Assembly: GCA_963722385.1 (NCBI GenBank)
Contig: CAVRKK010000002.1
Span: forward strand, 448,001 to 512,000
Origin: an uncultured bacterium
GTDB taxonomy: Bacteria; Babelota; Babeliae; Babelales; Babelaceae
DNA length: 64,000 nucleotides
Reading direction: 5' to 3'
Below the pieces are notes generated by a model. That model was not told the origin of the DNA and made no database searches. It saw only the letters and a list, made by a program, of their open reading frames with translations. Positions 1 through 10,750 of the stretch are shown piece after piece. Position numbers and translations under genes: made by a program. Each line of letters starts with the position of its first letter. The stretch's first letter is position 1.

Positions 1-469
1 TAAATTTGTGGTGCATAATGCCAGCTGCTTTATTCTTATTGTTTTTGCCTTGATCGCGTGTTTTAGAATTATAGAGCCACACTGGCAAGCCGCTATCGAT
101 CAAGTCGCCTACTTTACTATAGGTTCCCTCGCTATTCTCTTGATCAGCAACAAGCTCTACCTTAACCCCACGCTTATGCGCCTCACGCAATGCCCCCGCT
201 ATATGTCTATTCGTTAATGAAAAGGCAGCCACTGCTATAGATTCTTTTTCTTCTTGTATAAGCGTAATCAGAATATCCTGTACATTATCATCAGGCGAGA
301 AGAGGGCGCGTTTTATTATGTTATTGTCCCCGCTTGCTGCTAATACCGCAAGCGTGCGATGCGACGCGCTGCCATGCTCCTTTACTTTCCAAGCAGCAAA
401 GAAAAAGGCGGCGTTAATTGCGCAAAAAACAGCAACCATTGCGCAACGTTGCAAAAAGTGGCGCATCAT
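1..469 (-). CDS. Phospholipase D-superfamily nuclease (Nuc-like, single HKD), 3'-truncated by window edge
   Basis: Not in the ORF track; manual translation gives MMRHFLQRCAMVAVFCAINAAFFFAAW...RALFSPDDNVQDILITLIQEEKESIAVAAFSLTNRHIAGALREAHKRGVKVELVAD...AAGIMHHKF. FSP, AAFSLT, RGVKV and the start of the HxK motif are typical; AGGA lies upstream. Confidence 0.85.
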   Translation of the reverse strand, partial: MMRHFLQRCAMVAVFCAINAAFFFAAWKVKEHGSASHRTLAVLAASGDNNIIKRALFSPDDNVQDILITLIQEEKESIAVAAFSLTNRHIAGALREAHKRGVKVELVADQENSEGTYSKVGDLIDSGLPVWLYNSKTRDQGKNNKNKAAGIMHHKF

Positions 470-606
470 ATACTTATTCCTATATAGAATTCGTTTTAAT
501 TAGTGATTAGTATACAAAATTAAGAGCGTTTCTCAACGTCCTTGATTGGGTGGTATTTTGGTCCTCGCAAATTCCGCCAACCTTTAAAGACGATTGCCTT
601 AAATTG

Positions 607-1027
607 AATTGAATCGCCTGCGCGGCGAGCGCCAAAGGGGGTGCCGCCTCCGCTGATCGCTTTTTTACAAAAAGCTGCTACGGACAAGCGTTGCGCTACT
701 CCGCATCGCTATGTCCTTTGGGATCCCGTAGCGTTGTTGCTTACAAGCTTGGTGTGTGTAGTTATCGTACGCAAAAGCGTACGATAACTTACGCCATTAT
801 CATGTTCGCTACACTCCATGATAAAAATTTAATATCGCTTTCTATTTTCCGTCAGGAAAATTGCGTTTGCCGTAATCATGCGCCCCGCATGGTTATGGCA
901 TGAAAAGAGATAAAAGATATAGCAAGTACCGTGAAGCATCAATGGGTGCAGGGCCGCCGCCCTGCTGCCCGCCGCATAGGCGCGCCCGCTGCGTAAGCGT
1001 TCCCGTCATAGCCTTGCCAAAGCCGGC
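607..1027 (+). repeat. Modular hairpin-rich intergenic element, copy A
   Basis: Reverse-complement homolog of 15351-15801 over its length and of 25166-25354 over its right half; contains several stem-loops (760-789, 844-861, 868-900). Confidence 0.9.
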
Positions 1028-1065
1028 TGCGTAGTCACGCCTGCTGCGTCAGCACTTCAAATTTA

Positions 1066-3840
1066 TTAAGCATGTCCCCGCGCGCCAAAATCTCCCCAGG
1101 CTAGCCAAACACCAGAGACAGGCTCACGAACAACCTGGCCAATGCTCGTGGCGCCCTTAAGATTGAGCACGGTATGCGCTTTATTGAAATATAATTCACC
1201 GTGCGTTTCTGCATCTAGGCGTAAAACCTCAACGGCAGGCTCCTCTCGGACAAACGAGGATCCCGTCAAGAAAGCAACCGCACCATCTGTCGCAAAAAAG
1301 CTTCGATAAAATCCTATATTGAGAAAAAAAGACCTCCCTGCCTTATGAGTAAAATTATCAGGCAGCAGCACTAATGGCTCACGAGCATCCTTATCAAAAA
1401 AATATCGATAGATACGGGCCTGATCATTGGATGCCGACCCACTCACCAGATACACGTTGCCGCCAAACGCAGCATCAAAAGCATACCCCGAAGGCCCAAG
1501 CGCAAACATTCTCGTAACCGCACCAGCACTCGATGGTATGCGTACCTCTTTCCAGTCAGTATTCTTGATATCGTAATCGCATGCCTTACGTGAATAAAAC
1601 AGCCCAGCATCCGTTGCCAATAAAACAATACCATCAGAAACTAACGCATCAAGAAAATACGTATGCTCCCCAAGCTCCTTAGGCCGAACGACCGTTCTAC
1701 CCTTCGCCCGCTTGCCAGACCTCACCGTCTCGGGCGTAAGCTCTATAACCGCACATGCGGTAGGCGTTATTATAATAAGCTTGCCTTGATCAGCACATAC
1801 TGTATGCACGTGCTCATAAGTACCGAGCTTGATAAATTTCATACGCTGGGAAAACCCACTAAAGCCTGATCTTAGGCCTGCTTGCGCGGACCACCCGGTG
1901 CCATCAGGATTCGCCAATACCGCAACGCCACCCGAACCAGCAACAACCAGCCAGCCATATTCCCGATTGGTCACGATGGTAGAAGCAACTATCGGGCCAA
2001 GCTCATTTAATACCCCACCCGTTAAAGAAATTGAATCAACCCCTTCCCTAAAGCCGGCAAGCGACCCTTTGCCTGATTCAAAAAGCCCATTAAACTCTCT
2101 AATCGGCTCAAATAAACCGTGACGGTCATTACCAGTCTCAACCAAAACGACTCGCCGAAATCCTGTCGCTACCAGGAGCGACAGTTGGGTCTCCGCCACC
2201 GTTGAAAACCCAGGGGTTATGGATGAGTATACACGTAAATCTTGAACTTGCGAGGGTACCTGATCGAAAAGTCTGCTTACCCGCTTGGCCAGCGGAAAAT
2301 TCTCATCTTGGCGATTCATAGTATCCCATTGCGAGCGCAGGATATCATATGCCTGCCCATCATCGCCATGCCGCATCTGCCAAAAGCTGCCAGAGATCGG
2401 CTCCAAAGCAAAACCGGCAAGCAATTTATCGGTCCTTAAGGCCGGCTGCCAGCGCGTCCATTGGCTAACCTTCCCTTCGGGGTCAAAGAGTGCCTGAGAA
2501 TGGAAAATACCAGCCTGACCCTCAACGAGAGCAAACACCGCATCCCCTTGCACCGTGAGTTGTATGACCTGACCGGGTAAGCCGCCTTGCCCTACCTGAA
2601 CCTCAGGATCAGCTGGGCATGGCATATGCTCCGGCTTGGTCGCAGGCTCAGTAAAAGCGCGACTTATGAAGGTAAATGGCTCCTGGGAATCATAAAAATC
2701 GACGGGTAGCTGGTCTTTTTTTGCAATCGTCCCCGTCAGGTGCTCTTCAGCACTTTCAACTAGTGGCAACGCCGACACCCTGTAGGCAATAGCGTCATCA
2801 GGGCCAACACCACCAACAACAATCAAATAAGGCAGCCCGGTGGTCGTTCGCATAGACTGGGCACCGTGTATTGCTACGCGAACCGCTGAACCACGGGCAC
2901 CAATGATTCCATTGTCGCTCAGAGCGTCAACAGGAGCAATAGGATAAAATTCAAGCATTCTATTTTTTACGCAACCAACAACAAGAGCGCGGGCTCCATC
3001 ACGTTCATCATCACCACCGACAACATCAAGCGGCACATACAAGCGCTTAACCGGCTCATGCCACAATAAAGGCACCTGATGTGATCCTAAGCTTACCACG
3101 GGGGAACCTATCCTGATGTTGCTGTTTTGGGCATCTAAACGAACAGCCTTATTTTCGCCGATCGCACCCGTGGCTGCATTAAGAAGATTGAGCTTGGGAT
3201 GCTTGACCTTTTTGTCCACAGCCGCTGGCTCGCGATTATAAAAGTAGGCAAGAGCAATATCAAGTGCCGTATCAGCAAGTGCTTGATCATGGGGCCTCAC
3301 ACATGCAAAAACATACGGGTCAGCAGCGGCAATCCCTAAAATCTCCGACGACGCTTGCTGATCGGCATCACGTATCACGGGCGTTTCATACATCCGCATA
3401 GTGGTAATGGTAATTTTGTGATGTTTTTTATCATGTAGGCCGCTATACTCATCAATAAGGCAAAACTTCGCTGGGGCAGCCTTTGTAACGGCGACGGGAT
3501 AATTTTCCATGAAGCACAGATGTTTCATGGCGGCACCTGTTAACGGGTTGGGTTGTTTCTCTTTACCGTTAAGAATTACCTGATTAATCCCGAGAGCACC
3601 AAAGCTTGGCAGGGATTTCCCATCAAATACAAACCCGGCACAGGCAAGAGAATACTCATTGCCTGGAACCTCTTGCTTGGCGCCTACCAACAGCCTTCCC
3701 TGATTTGGCGCAAAAGCAAGCGCCTCAAGCGGAAAGTTAAAAGTGGTTGTTGCGCCATTGCCCTCAAACCGCTGACTGGCAATAAGGCAAATTTGGAACG
3801 CAAGAGAATACAGGAGAATAAATAAAGAAATAATACGCAT
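1066..3840 (-). CDS. Large secreted hypothetical protein (beta-rich, possibly beta-propeller)
   Basis: 924-aa ORF with N-terminal signal peptide; no motif recognised. Confidence 0.75.
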   Translation of the reverse strand: MRIISLFILLYSLAFQICLIASQRFEGNGATTTFNFPLEALAFAPNQGRLLVGAKQEVPGNEYSLACAGFVFDGKSLPSFGALGINQVILNGKEKQPNPLTGAAMKHLCFMENYPVAVTKAAPAKFCLIDEYSGLHDKKHHKITITTMRMYETPVIRDADQQASSEILGIAAADPYVFACVRPHDQALADTALDIALAYFYNREPAAVDKKVKHPKLNLLNAATGAIGENKAVRLDAQNSNIRIGSPVVSLGSHQVPLLWHEPVKRLYVPLDVVGGDDERDGARALVVGCVKNRMLEFYPIAPVDALSDNGIIGARGSAVRVAIHGAQSMRTTTGLPYLIVVGGVGPDDAIAYRVSALPLVESAEEHLTGTIAKKDQLPVDFYDSQEPFTFISRAFTEPATKPEHMPCPADPEVQVGQGGLPGQVIQLTVQGDAVFALVEGQAGIFHSQALFDPEGKVSQWTRWQPALRTDKLLAGFALEPISGSFWQMRHGDDGQAYDILRSQWDTMNRQDENFPLAKRVSRLFDQVPSQVQDLRVYSSITPGFSTVAETQLSLLVATGFRRVVLVETGNDRHGLFEPIREFNGLFESGKGSLAGFREGVDSISLTGGVLNELGPIVASTIVTNREYGWLVVAGSGGVAVLANPDGTGWSAQAGLRSGFSGFSQRMKFIKLGTYEHVHTVCADQGKLIIITPTACAVIELTPETVRSGKRAKGRTVVRPKELGEHTYFLDALVSDGIVLLATDAGLFYSRKACDYDIKNTDWKEVRIPSSAGAVTRMFALGPSGYAFDAAFGGNVYLVSGSASNDQARIYRYFFDKDAREPLVLLPDNFTHKAGRSFFLNIGFYRSFFATDGAVAFLTGSSFVREEPAVEVLRLDAETHGELYFNKAHTVLNLKGATSIGQVVREPVSGVWLAWGDFGARGHA

Positions 3841-4041
3841 GGCTGATATCCTAGAAAAAACCTAGATTGTTTTTGTCTTAAGAATAGCGGAAATTAAAAA
3901 TTTGACCATGCTCCTTACAAAAATTTTTGTTTACCTTTTTTCTCGCTTGTCTATTATGGGTTTGTTTGCTTACTTTAATATTACCCCATTTACACAAATA
4001 ATTCTGCACATTTTAATGGTGATAGAATAATGATTACGTAT

Positions 4042-4978
4042 ATGAAACTGATAGTATTAATATTAATAGGATATTTCTTGATTATGCCTGTTTATGGGAT
4101 GGAAGGACCGAGAAGGAATAAGCTTGGGGAGCTCAAAAAAGAGAAGGAGAACGAAAATCTTCCAAATCAATCCACTCAAGAAGAGCTTAACAAGAGGTTA
4201 TTCGATGCTGCTAAAACTGGCAGTTTATATAAGGTAAAGAGTTTAATTAATCAAGGTGCTGATGTTAATGCCCAAAATAATAACGGCACGCAGCCTCTTA
4301 ATTTGGCTGCTCAAGAGGGACATTTAGAAGTAGTTAAATGGCTTGTTGAGCATGGTGCCCAGATAAATGAAGAACACAAGGATCAACCTATTATAGCCCA
4401 GTTATTAAAGGGCGAGGATGTACAGCAGAACCAGAATGTAGTCTTTAGAATGATTGCATTAGGAAATAACGATACAGCAAAGAGCGCACTAGCTGAAATA
4501 AGCCACTCAATAAGAAATGATGCGGTATTCTTTAGAGGTAGCAGCAGCTACTAACAATCTATGTATGCTTGAGGAACTTTATACAAGAGCAAGCAATTCT
4601 CCTGGTATTGAGCGAGACCAATTTACAGATATGATTGAGAATACGCTGTATTGGGCAGTAATAGGAAGAAATGAGGAAATAGTAGGCTTTATTCTAGAAA
4701 GAGCTTTTGCATATGCATATGCAAAAGCTCCCGAGCTTAATGTAGAGAGAGTAGGCAGCTTAGCTTTATCACTTACTGCTCGTGCAAGTACACCAGAAGA
4801 TAGATTGGTTTTCGTAAGGATACGAGAAAACTTGGCAACGATTCCTCGATTACTTGTTGCAACTTCTCGTTCACACATGCGAGAAGCACTTAGTAGGCTT
4901 GCATCTATCCTACCACTGCCTACTGAAATAATAGCTCTTATACTCAGCTTTGTTTTAAGGCACAAAAATATTATTTAA
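4042..4978 (+). pseudogene. Secreted ankyrin-repeat protein with C-terminal F-box-like motif, split by a frameshift near 4500-4530
   Basis: ORF 4030-4554 has a signal peptide (..PVYG-MEG) and ANK repeats (GADVNAQNNNGTQPLNLAAQEGHLEVVKWL). Overlapping +1-frame ORF 4517-4978 continues and ends LPLPTEIIALILSF. Confidence 0.75.
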
Positions 4979-5880
4979 CGCGAATTCGATCTAAGCCGGT
5001 AAACCAAAAAAAAGAAAATCGGCTGCAAGAGAGGGCTTTTTTTGCCTAAATGAGTAAGCAATTAAGGCAGAAAAGATGGAGGACAAAAAATTAATTGGGC
5101 TTCTATGTCTGGTATGCTCAATAGAAATAGATGATTTAAGGATGCCGATAGCAGATTCAGCCAACCCGCTCTTTTTAAGCAACAATTTGTCAAAAATATT
5201 CATCAGTATATTCTTCATATTAGTGCGTATTTTGGTAACAAAGTGAACTCCTTTATCATAAAATTCTTGAAATGTATCAGACTTAAGAATATATCCTTTG
5301 TCACCAAAAAGCTTGCCAGTTATTTGCTTTGTTAAGCTATTAAGCACATCATAATTATTATCAGCAATATTGCCTTGAGTTAACAAAAAATCAACAATCT
5401 CGCCAAAATGGTTGAAAACAAGGTGTAATTTAAAACCAAAGAACCAATCAATGCTTGTTTTCCCTCTTTTCGCTATCCCTTTAAAAACTTTGTTGCTGTG
5501 AATTCTTTTGTTGTGGCATACTTTTAGAGACGAGCTGTCTATAAAGGAAATACCCGTGCATTTTCCCAGACATTTCATTCTTAAAAATAGGCTAGAGTGA
5601 GCAATGCGTATTTCATGAGCTCTACGAATCTGTTGTAACTTACTAATTGCTTAAATTCTCCTGTTAACTGTACCAATACATGCTTACAATAATAATCTTT
5701 AAATGTTTTATACCCAGAGCAATGATAATAAATCATAATGGTCATAATCTCACAGAGTTGCAGCCTGCTCTTTCTTTTCCTCTTTTTTCACCTTGCAGAC
5801 AAGCCAGGCATCCACTTTTTTCAACGTCTTCGCAAAAATTCGCAACGTGGTAAAATAGAGTAACGAGCAAAGTACTATCC
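4978..5880 (-). mobile_element. IS982-family element, degenerate (transposase with two frameshifts)
   Basis: ORF 4991-5578 has FIDSSSLKVCHNKRI, GWFFGFKLHL-like and GDKGY motifs. Upstream frames give RLQLCEIMTIMIYYHCSGYKTFKDYY...VSYNRFVEL. An end-like sequence ACGCGAATTCGAT sits at 4978-4990; the other end was not found. Confidence 0.85.
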
Positions 5881-5888
5881 TTAGAATA

Positions 5889-6335
5889 TCAACGTGCTAA
5901 TATTCTATTTTCGCCGCCAGAAACCATCGAGGTTTCTCTTCCTTTTGGATTTTGCGCTTTCACCTTTTTTACGTTTCTTGATTTAACAGCCTCATGTACT
6001 ATTTTTGCAATAGTCTTTAGCGTGGGATTTCCTTTTTTAGAGAAGGCATTATGTACTGTGGCGCGAGCAATATCAGCGCTCTCGGCAACACGCTTCTTAT
6101 TTACCGCAATGAATGAATCGAGAATATTCATAAAATTCTCTGGATCATTATCAATAAGGCATTCCAAAAGCACTTTACCTACAAGCTCTGTATCCCTAAA
6201 TGAGCTTTTCGTATCTACTTCGGGAAGAGATCGAGCAAGCGCTTTGCCAGCGTCACTCCACTTAATTTCCTCCAAATCCTCTAACGAGAAACCGCGCTTT
6301 GTTAATATTCTTTTTTTGCTCATTTTTATGTCCAC
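5889..6335 (-). CDS. Addiction-module antitoxin (HTH, HI1420-like)
   Basis: VAESADIARATVHNAFSKKGNPTLKTIAKI HTH; overlaps the upstream toxin gene; start could be 6323. Confidence 0.8.
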   Translation of the reverse strand: MDIKMSKKRILTKRGFSLEDLEEIKWSDAGKALARSLPEVDTKSSFRDTELVGKVLLECLIDNDPENFMNILDSFIAVNKKRVAESADIARATVHNAFSKKGNPTLKTIAKIVHEAVKSRNVKKVKAQNPKGRETSMVSGGENRILAR

Positions 6336-6555
6336 CCAATAATAAGATTATCCCTTTTCTATCAGCATCTTTTATAAAATAAACTCGCCAACCATTTCTC
6401 CAACGCAATTCATACAAACCATTGTTTAGTGATTCTACATCACCTAAATAATTTAAATCTTCTATGCGCCGCATACGGTCTTCAATAATAAGCTGCTCTT
6501 TGCTGGTAAGTTTTTCAAACCATTGCGTATAGCCGGTTTCTTTTTTGATCCTCAC
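6262..6555 (-). CDS. RelE/ParE-family toxin (addiction-module killer, HI1419-like)
   Basis: LGDVESLNNGLYELRWRNGWRVYF...IILLLGGHKNEQKKNI signature; toxin-first order. Confidence 0.85.
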   Translation of the reverse strand: MRIKKETGYTQWFEKLTSKEQLIIEDRMRRIEDLNYLGDVESLNNGLYELRWRNGWRVYFIKDADRKGIILLLGGHKNEQKKNINKARFLVRGFGGN

Positions 6556-6750
6556 GTTTAGCCTATTGCTGCATCATCATGAATTTCACCAATTTGTGTA
6601 TAATATATTATACACATTTCATAGCACAAGGCAACAAGCAAAAAGAACAAACCCGCTTCGAGGTCAGCTATGCGGAACTCCTGTGAGAGTTATGTTTTTT
6701 TATTGTAAGCGGGACAGTAGCAACCACCCCGCTTTATGCTCATTAAAAAC

Positions 6751-7674
6751 CTACCAGTCAAGATTTGCCTCATAACCGAGATCAATCAGGAGCTGGCCCG
6801 CAATCTCTTTGAATTTTTCTTTATGCTCAGGCTTAAAGTGCCTCTTCCAGCTGCCTATTTGCCCCTTTCTAAAGGTTGCGGTGCCGCCAAATAAACTTTT
6901 TGAGCACCTTTTGAGCTTGTCTACCCGCCGCGATACATTAAGGTGCTTTGCAATGTTATAAAGCTCTTTGAATTGCAGGCTTTGCTTGCCGCCCCCTCGA
7001 GCACCCACCAAGTTTTCAAAGCGCACCGTATAAAAGCGAGGATGGCTCAGCCATGGCAAGAATGGTTGATAATAATCTTTGATGCCTTTAATGCGCTCCA
7101 TAAGCACCTCATTAAAGTAAGACGGATCAGCCTTATAGCGAGCTGCCTCTTCTGGATGCGCCTCCGGGCGCAATACGATCCAGTAGGTCATTGACACCAG
7201 TTGGTCGCGTGGATCCCGCATCATAAGCAAGCCCTTGAACTTATTATTGCTAAAAAATTCCCCGGCTTGCGGCGTATGCCGTATATGTCCACGGTATATT
7301 TCGTGATGCTGATTACGTGGCAATGCTGCAGCACCCACGTCGGTAAATTCACTCACATTGATAATGTCTCTCCCCGTCAAATGTCTTAAGCACTTAGCCA
7401 TCATATGAGTCCCCGATTTAGGAATAGTTACCGCAAAGATGTCTTTCATCGGCAACTTTTTCTGAGGCTTATTTGGCATATGCTTTTTAATGATACGCGG
7501 TTGCTTAACAAGTGGCGGCTTATAAGTCTTTTTTTTCGGCTTCTGGTTGATAGGCTTTTTACCGTTGGCCTGCACCGTAGACTTCTTTTTATTCAGCTTG
7601 TTTACTTTGACTGGCACGGCACCAAGTGAGCCAACACCACCAACAAGCACTATCAGTAGAGCTTTCCTGAACAT
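6751..7674 (-). CDS. Secreted sulfotransferase-domain protein
   Basis: PAPS-binding motifs TIPKSGT, RDPRD and FRKGQIGSWK; signal peptide from MFRKALL with GGGGG RBS; Lys-rich linker. Confidence 0.85.
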   Translation of the reverse strand: MFRKALLIVLVGGVGSLGAVPVKVNKLNKKKSTVQANGKKPINQKPKKKTYKPPLVKQPRIIKKHMPNKPQKKLPMKDIFAVTIPKSGTHMMAKCLRHLTGRDIINVSEFTDVGAAALPRNQHHEIYRGHIRHTPQAGEFFSNNKFKGLLMMRDPRDQLVSMTYWIVLRPEAHPEEAARYKADPSYFNEVLMERIKGIKDYYQPFLPWLSHPRFYTVRFENLVGARGGGKQSLQFKELYNIAKHLNVSRRVDKLKRCSKSLFGGTATFRKGQIGSWKRHFKPEHKEKFKEIAGQLLIDLGYEANLDW

Positions 7675-7983
7675 AAGATTTCCCCCCTTGTGTTCTCTGT
7701 GATTCTTATTACTGATAGCATAACTCTTTGGATTAAATAAAAGCAATCTTTTAAATACAAATTACACTTAAACAAGCCTATAAGCACTATTTTCCGCGCA
7801 ATCGAACATCTATATACAAATTTTCAACTTGCCAATTAAGCGATGGCGCAACCTGCGCTTGTTTCAGAAAATTAGCGCCAAGCTGTGCATCCAGCCGGCA
7901 AGGAAAGAATAATCAGAAATGTTGACGGAGAGAAAATTATATTTTAAGATCTTATTAATTTTTGAACATAAGGATGTTGAGCG

Positions 7984-10275
7984 ATGATAAAAATCTTATT
8001 AGTTTTACTGAATTGCCTACTACCCTTTCTTGTAAGCTTAAAATTTTATGCTACCTGCACTGTGAAATCAGCTACTTCGTATGCTTTACCTTCTGGTTCT
8101 ACAGCTCCCGTTTCTTTAGCTTATTCACCAAATGGTTCATATCTTGCTACTGCGAACTCTAGCTCAAACAATGTAACAATATTTCAGGTAGGGCCAGGAA
8201 GCACTTTGAGTGGAATATCATATCCTTTACCCTCTGGTTCTACCCTTTGTGATGGAGGAATTTTTTCTTTTTCGGGAGCCTACTTTGCTACGGCTAATTA
8301 TGGCTCAAATAATGTAACTCTTTTTACCGTGGGATTGGATGGAAGCTTAAATTCTGGTAGTTCTACAAGTTTACCTTCTGGCTCTACTGCCACTGATAAT
8401 ATAGCGTTTTCACCTGATGATCAATATTTAGCTTCTTCTAATACAGATTCAAATAATGTAACAATATTTACGGTGGAAGCAGGAGGAACATTAAGTGCTG
8501 GTACTTCTTATCCCTTGCCATCTGGTTCTACATCCCCCTATCCAATAATTTTCACACCTTCTGGTACTTACCTAATTGTTGCTAATAGTGGTTCAAATGA
8601 TGTAACAGTATTTACGGTGGAAGCAGGAGGAACATTAAGTGCTGGCACTTCCTATCCTTTGCCATCTGGTTCTAGCGATCCTATTACCATGGTGTTATCA
8701 TCTGATGGTAATTATCTAGCTATTTCTAATCAAGGTTCAAGTGATGTAACGATATTTCAAGTAGAGGCAGGAGGAATATTAAGTGGTGGTGTTTCCTATC
8801 CCCTGCCTGCTGGTTCTACAGGTTGTGATGCCTTAGCATTCTCACCAGACGGTTCTTATCTTGTTACGTCCAACAACAGCTCAAATAATATTACTATATT
8901 CCAAGTAGGGACAGGAGGAGCGTTATCAGGAGCAATTTCATATGCATTACCAAGTGGATCTACAGGGCCTGCTTCAGTAGCATTTTCACCAAACGGCTTC
9001 TATTTTGCTACTGCTAACACGGGGTTATCGAATGATGTTACTGTTTTTAGCGTTCTCAATTGTTCTACAAGCTTAGCAGAACCGGCAACTTCTTATCTTT
9101 TACCAGCTGGATCACGTGAGCCGGATTCAGTAACTTTTTCAAGAGATGGATTACATCTAGCAACAGCCAACTATAACACGAGTGATGTAACGCTCTTTAA
9201 GGTAGACTCGATGGGTATACTCAACAATCAAACAACGTTTCCATTACCATCTGGCTCGCTATCCCCAACGAGTCTCGCTTTTTCGTTTAATACTCTATAC
9301 CTAGCAACCACTAATAGTAAATCCAATGATGTTACTCTCTTTAAAGTAGAAGAGGGACAATTGGTAGGAGATATTTCGTATGCCTTGCCTGCAAACTCTA
9401 CTCAGCCCACTTCGTTAAGTTTTGCACCTGATGATGCATATTTGGCAGTTGTAAATAGCGAATCGAACGATATAACCATGTTTAATGTAACAATGGAAGG
9501 GCTGACAAACGCCCTTTCTTATGCGTTACCGATAGGGTCTTTAATGCCAGTAGCTGTGGCCTTTTCCCCGGATGGTTCCTATCTTGCGACAGCAAACATC
9601 GGTTCAAATGATGTAGCACTTTTTAATATAACAAATGGAATGTTGAGCGCTACATCCATTCAGGCGCTTCCGACAACTTCTACGAAACCTCGTTCACTCG
9701 TTTTTATCTCTTCAAGTGGAAATTTATTTATTGCTACCGTTAATAGTGATTCAAACGATATAACAATCTTTCCTATTAAAGCTAAAGCAGGAATAGTAGA
9801 CGCAGGTACATCATATCCGCTACCTGTAGCAAATGTTAACCCTCTTTTTATCGCAGCATCAACTAATGGTGCATATCTTGCTACTGCTAATAGTGGGTCA
9901 AATACTATTACCGTGTTCACGGTTACAAATGGTGTTTTAGATCAGGGTACCTCTTATGCACTACCTGCTCAGTCAAGCACAGATGTGGCAATAGCGTTTT
10001 CGTCAGTGTCTTTAAGCAATGGCAATACTTTAGCCGCTACGGCTAACAGCGAATCAAACGACGTATCAGTTTTTTCGCTTATAAATACTTCGGGAGACGG
10101 TGGTAGCAGCCTACCCTTAGGCGTTATTATAGGAACTACGGTAGGAATTCCTGTAGGTTGTGCTACGCTAACAGCGATAGTTGCTATAGGATTTTTATTA
10201 TATAGGTACCTCCATACGTATAAAGGTAGAGCAAGCGTTAATTTTAGCGATAAAGAACCAGCAGATAATCTTTGA
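7984..10275 (+). CDS. Beta-propeller repeat (lactonase/WD40-like) membrane-anchored surface protein
   Basis: About 14 repeats of ~48 aa (SYPLPSGS..P..LAFSPDG.YLATAN..SNDVTIF); signal peptide; C-terminal TM helix and short tail. Confidence 0.85.
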   Translation: MIKILLVLLNCLLPFLVSLKFYATCTVKSATSYALPSGSTAPVSLAYSPNGSYLATANSSSNNVTIFQVGPGSTLSGISYPLPSGSTLCDGGIFSFSGAYFATANYGSNNVTLFTVGLDGSLNSGSSTSLPSGSTATDNIAFSPDDQYLASSNTDSNNVTIFTVEAGGTLSAGTSYPLPSGSTSPYPIIFTPSGTYLIVANSGSNDVTVFTVEAGGTLSAGTSYPLPSGSSDPITMVLSSDGNYLAISNQGSSDVTIFQVEAGGILSGGVSYPLPAGSTGCDALAFSPDGSYLVTSNNSSNNITIFQVGTGGALSGAISYALPSGSTGPASVAFSPNGFYFATANTGLSNDVTVFSVLNCSTSLAEPATSYLLPAGSREPDSVTFSRDGLHLATANYNTSDVTLFKVDSMGILNNQTTFPLPSGSLSPTSLAFSFNTLYLATTNSKSNDVTLFKVEEGQLVGDISYALPANSTQPTSLSFAPDDAYLAVVNSESNDITMFNVTMEGLTNALSYALPIGSLMPVAVAFSPDGSYLATANIGSNDVALFNITNGMLSATSIQALPTTSTKPRSLVFISSSGNLFIATVNSDSNDITIFPIKAKAGIVDAGTSYPLPVANVNPLFIAASTNGAYLATANSGSNTITVFTVTNGVLDQGTSYALPAQSSTDVAIAFSSVSLSNGNTLAATANSESNDVSVFSLINTSGDGGSSLPLGVIIGTTVGIPVGCATLTAIVAIGFLLYRYLHTYKGRASVNFSDKEPADNL

Positions 10276-10459
10276 GTAAAGGAATTAGTCTTGCTATCTG
10301 TCCTTCACTTGTACAATCTCTAAAACCAATATTTACGGTCAAATACCAGCGCTTTTTATAAAGCAAAACAGGTTAGCAATCAACTAACCATTGCTTTTGA
10401 GCAGCATGCAGCTTATTATACTTAAAATAGGAACATACGCTTTATAAAAGGGCAGTAGT

Positions 10460-10666
10460 ATGACAAGCCATGAACTCCAAACGCAAAGAATTCGCGGTAT
10501 TCTTTTTGTTATCGGCGGCGGCCTTCTTTTACTTTATAGCCTCGGCTATATCCAAAAATTCGGTTCAACGGTATTGATGATTTTATCCCTTTGCTTGATA
10601 GTCGGTGGCTTCATAGAAGCCGGATTCTATCGCTTTTTTCTACCCACTAATAAGCCCGCTCAGTAA
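10460..10666 (+). CDS. Small two-TM membrane protein
   Basis: 68 aa, two hydrophobic segments; paralog of 10751-11014 (RGILFVIGGGLLLLYSL vs RGTLIMIAGGALLLHTL). Confidence 0.7.
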   Translation: MTSHELQTQRIRGILFVIGGGLLLLYSLGYIQKFGSTVLMILSLCLIVGGFIEAGFYRFFLPTNKPAQ

Positions 10667-10750
10667 TTCCTATTGAAAAATATAGAATATCTTGTATGAC
10701 TTTGATTATACTATAAGAGTATATTTCATAATCAAGAAAGGAGATCATGT

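Noticed and set aside
691..903. ORFs over the repeat copies (691-903, 15221-15749, 25124-25587)
   Set aside because: They are translations of the non-coding element; frames are not conserved between copies.
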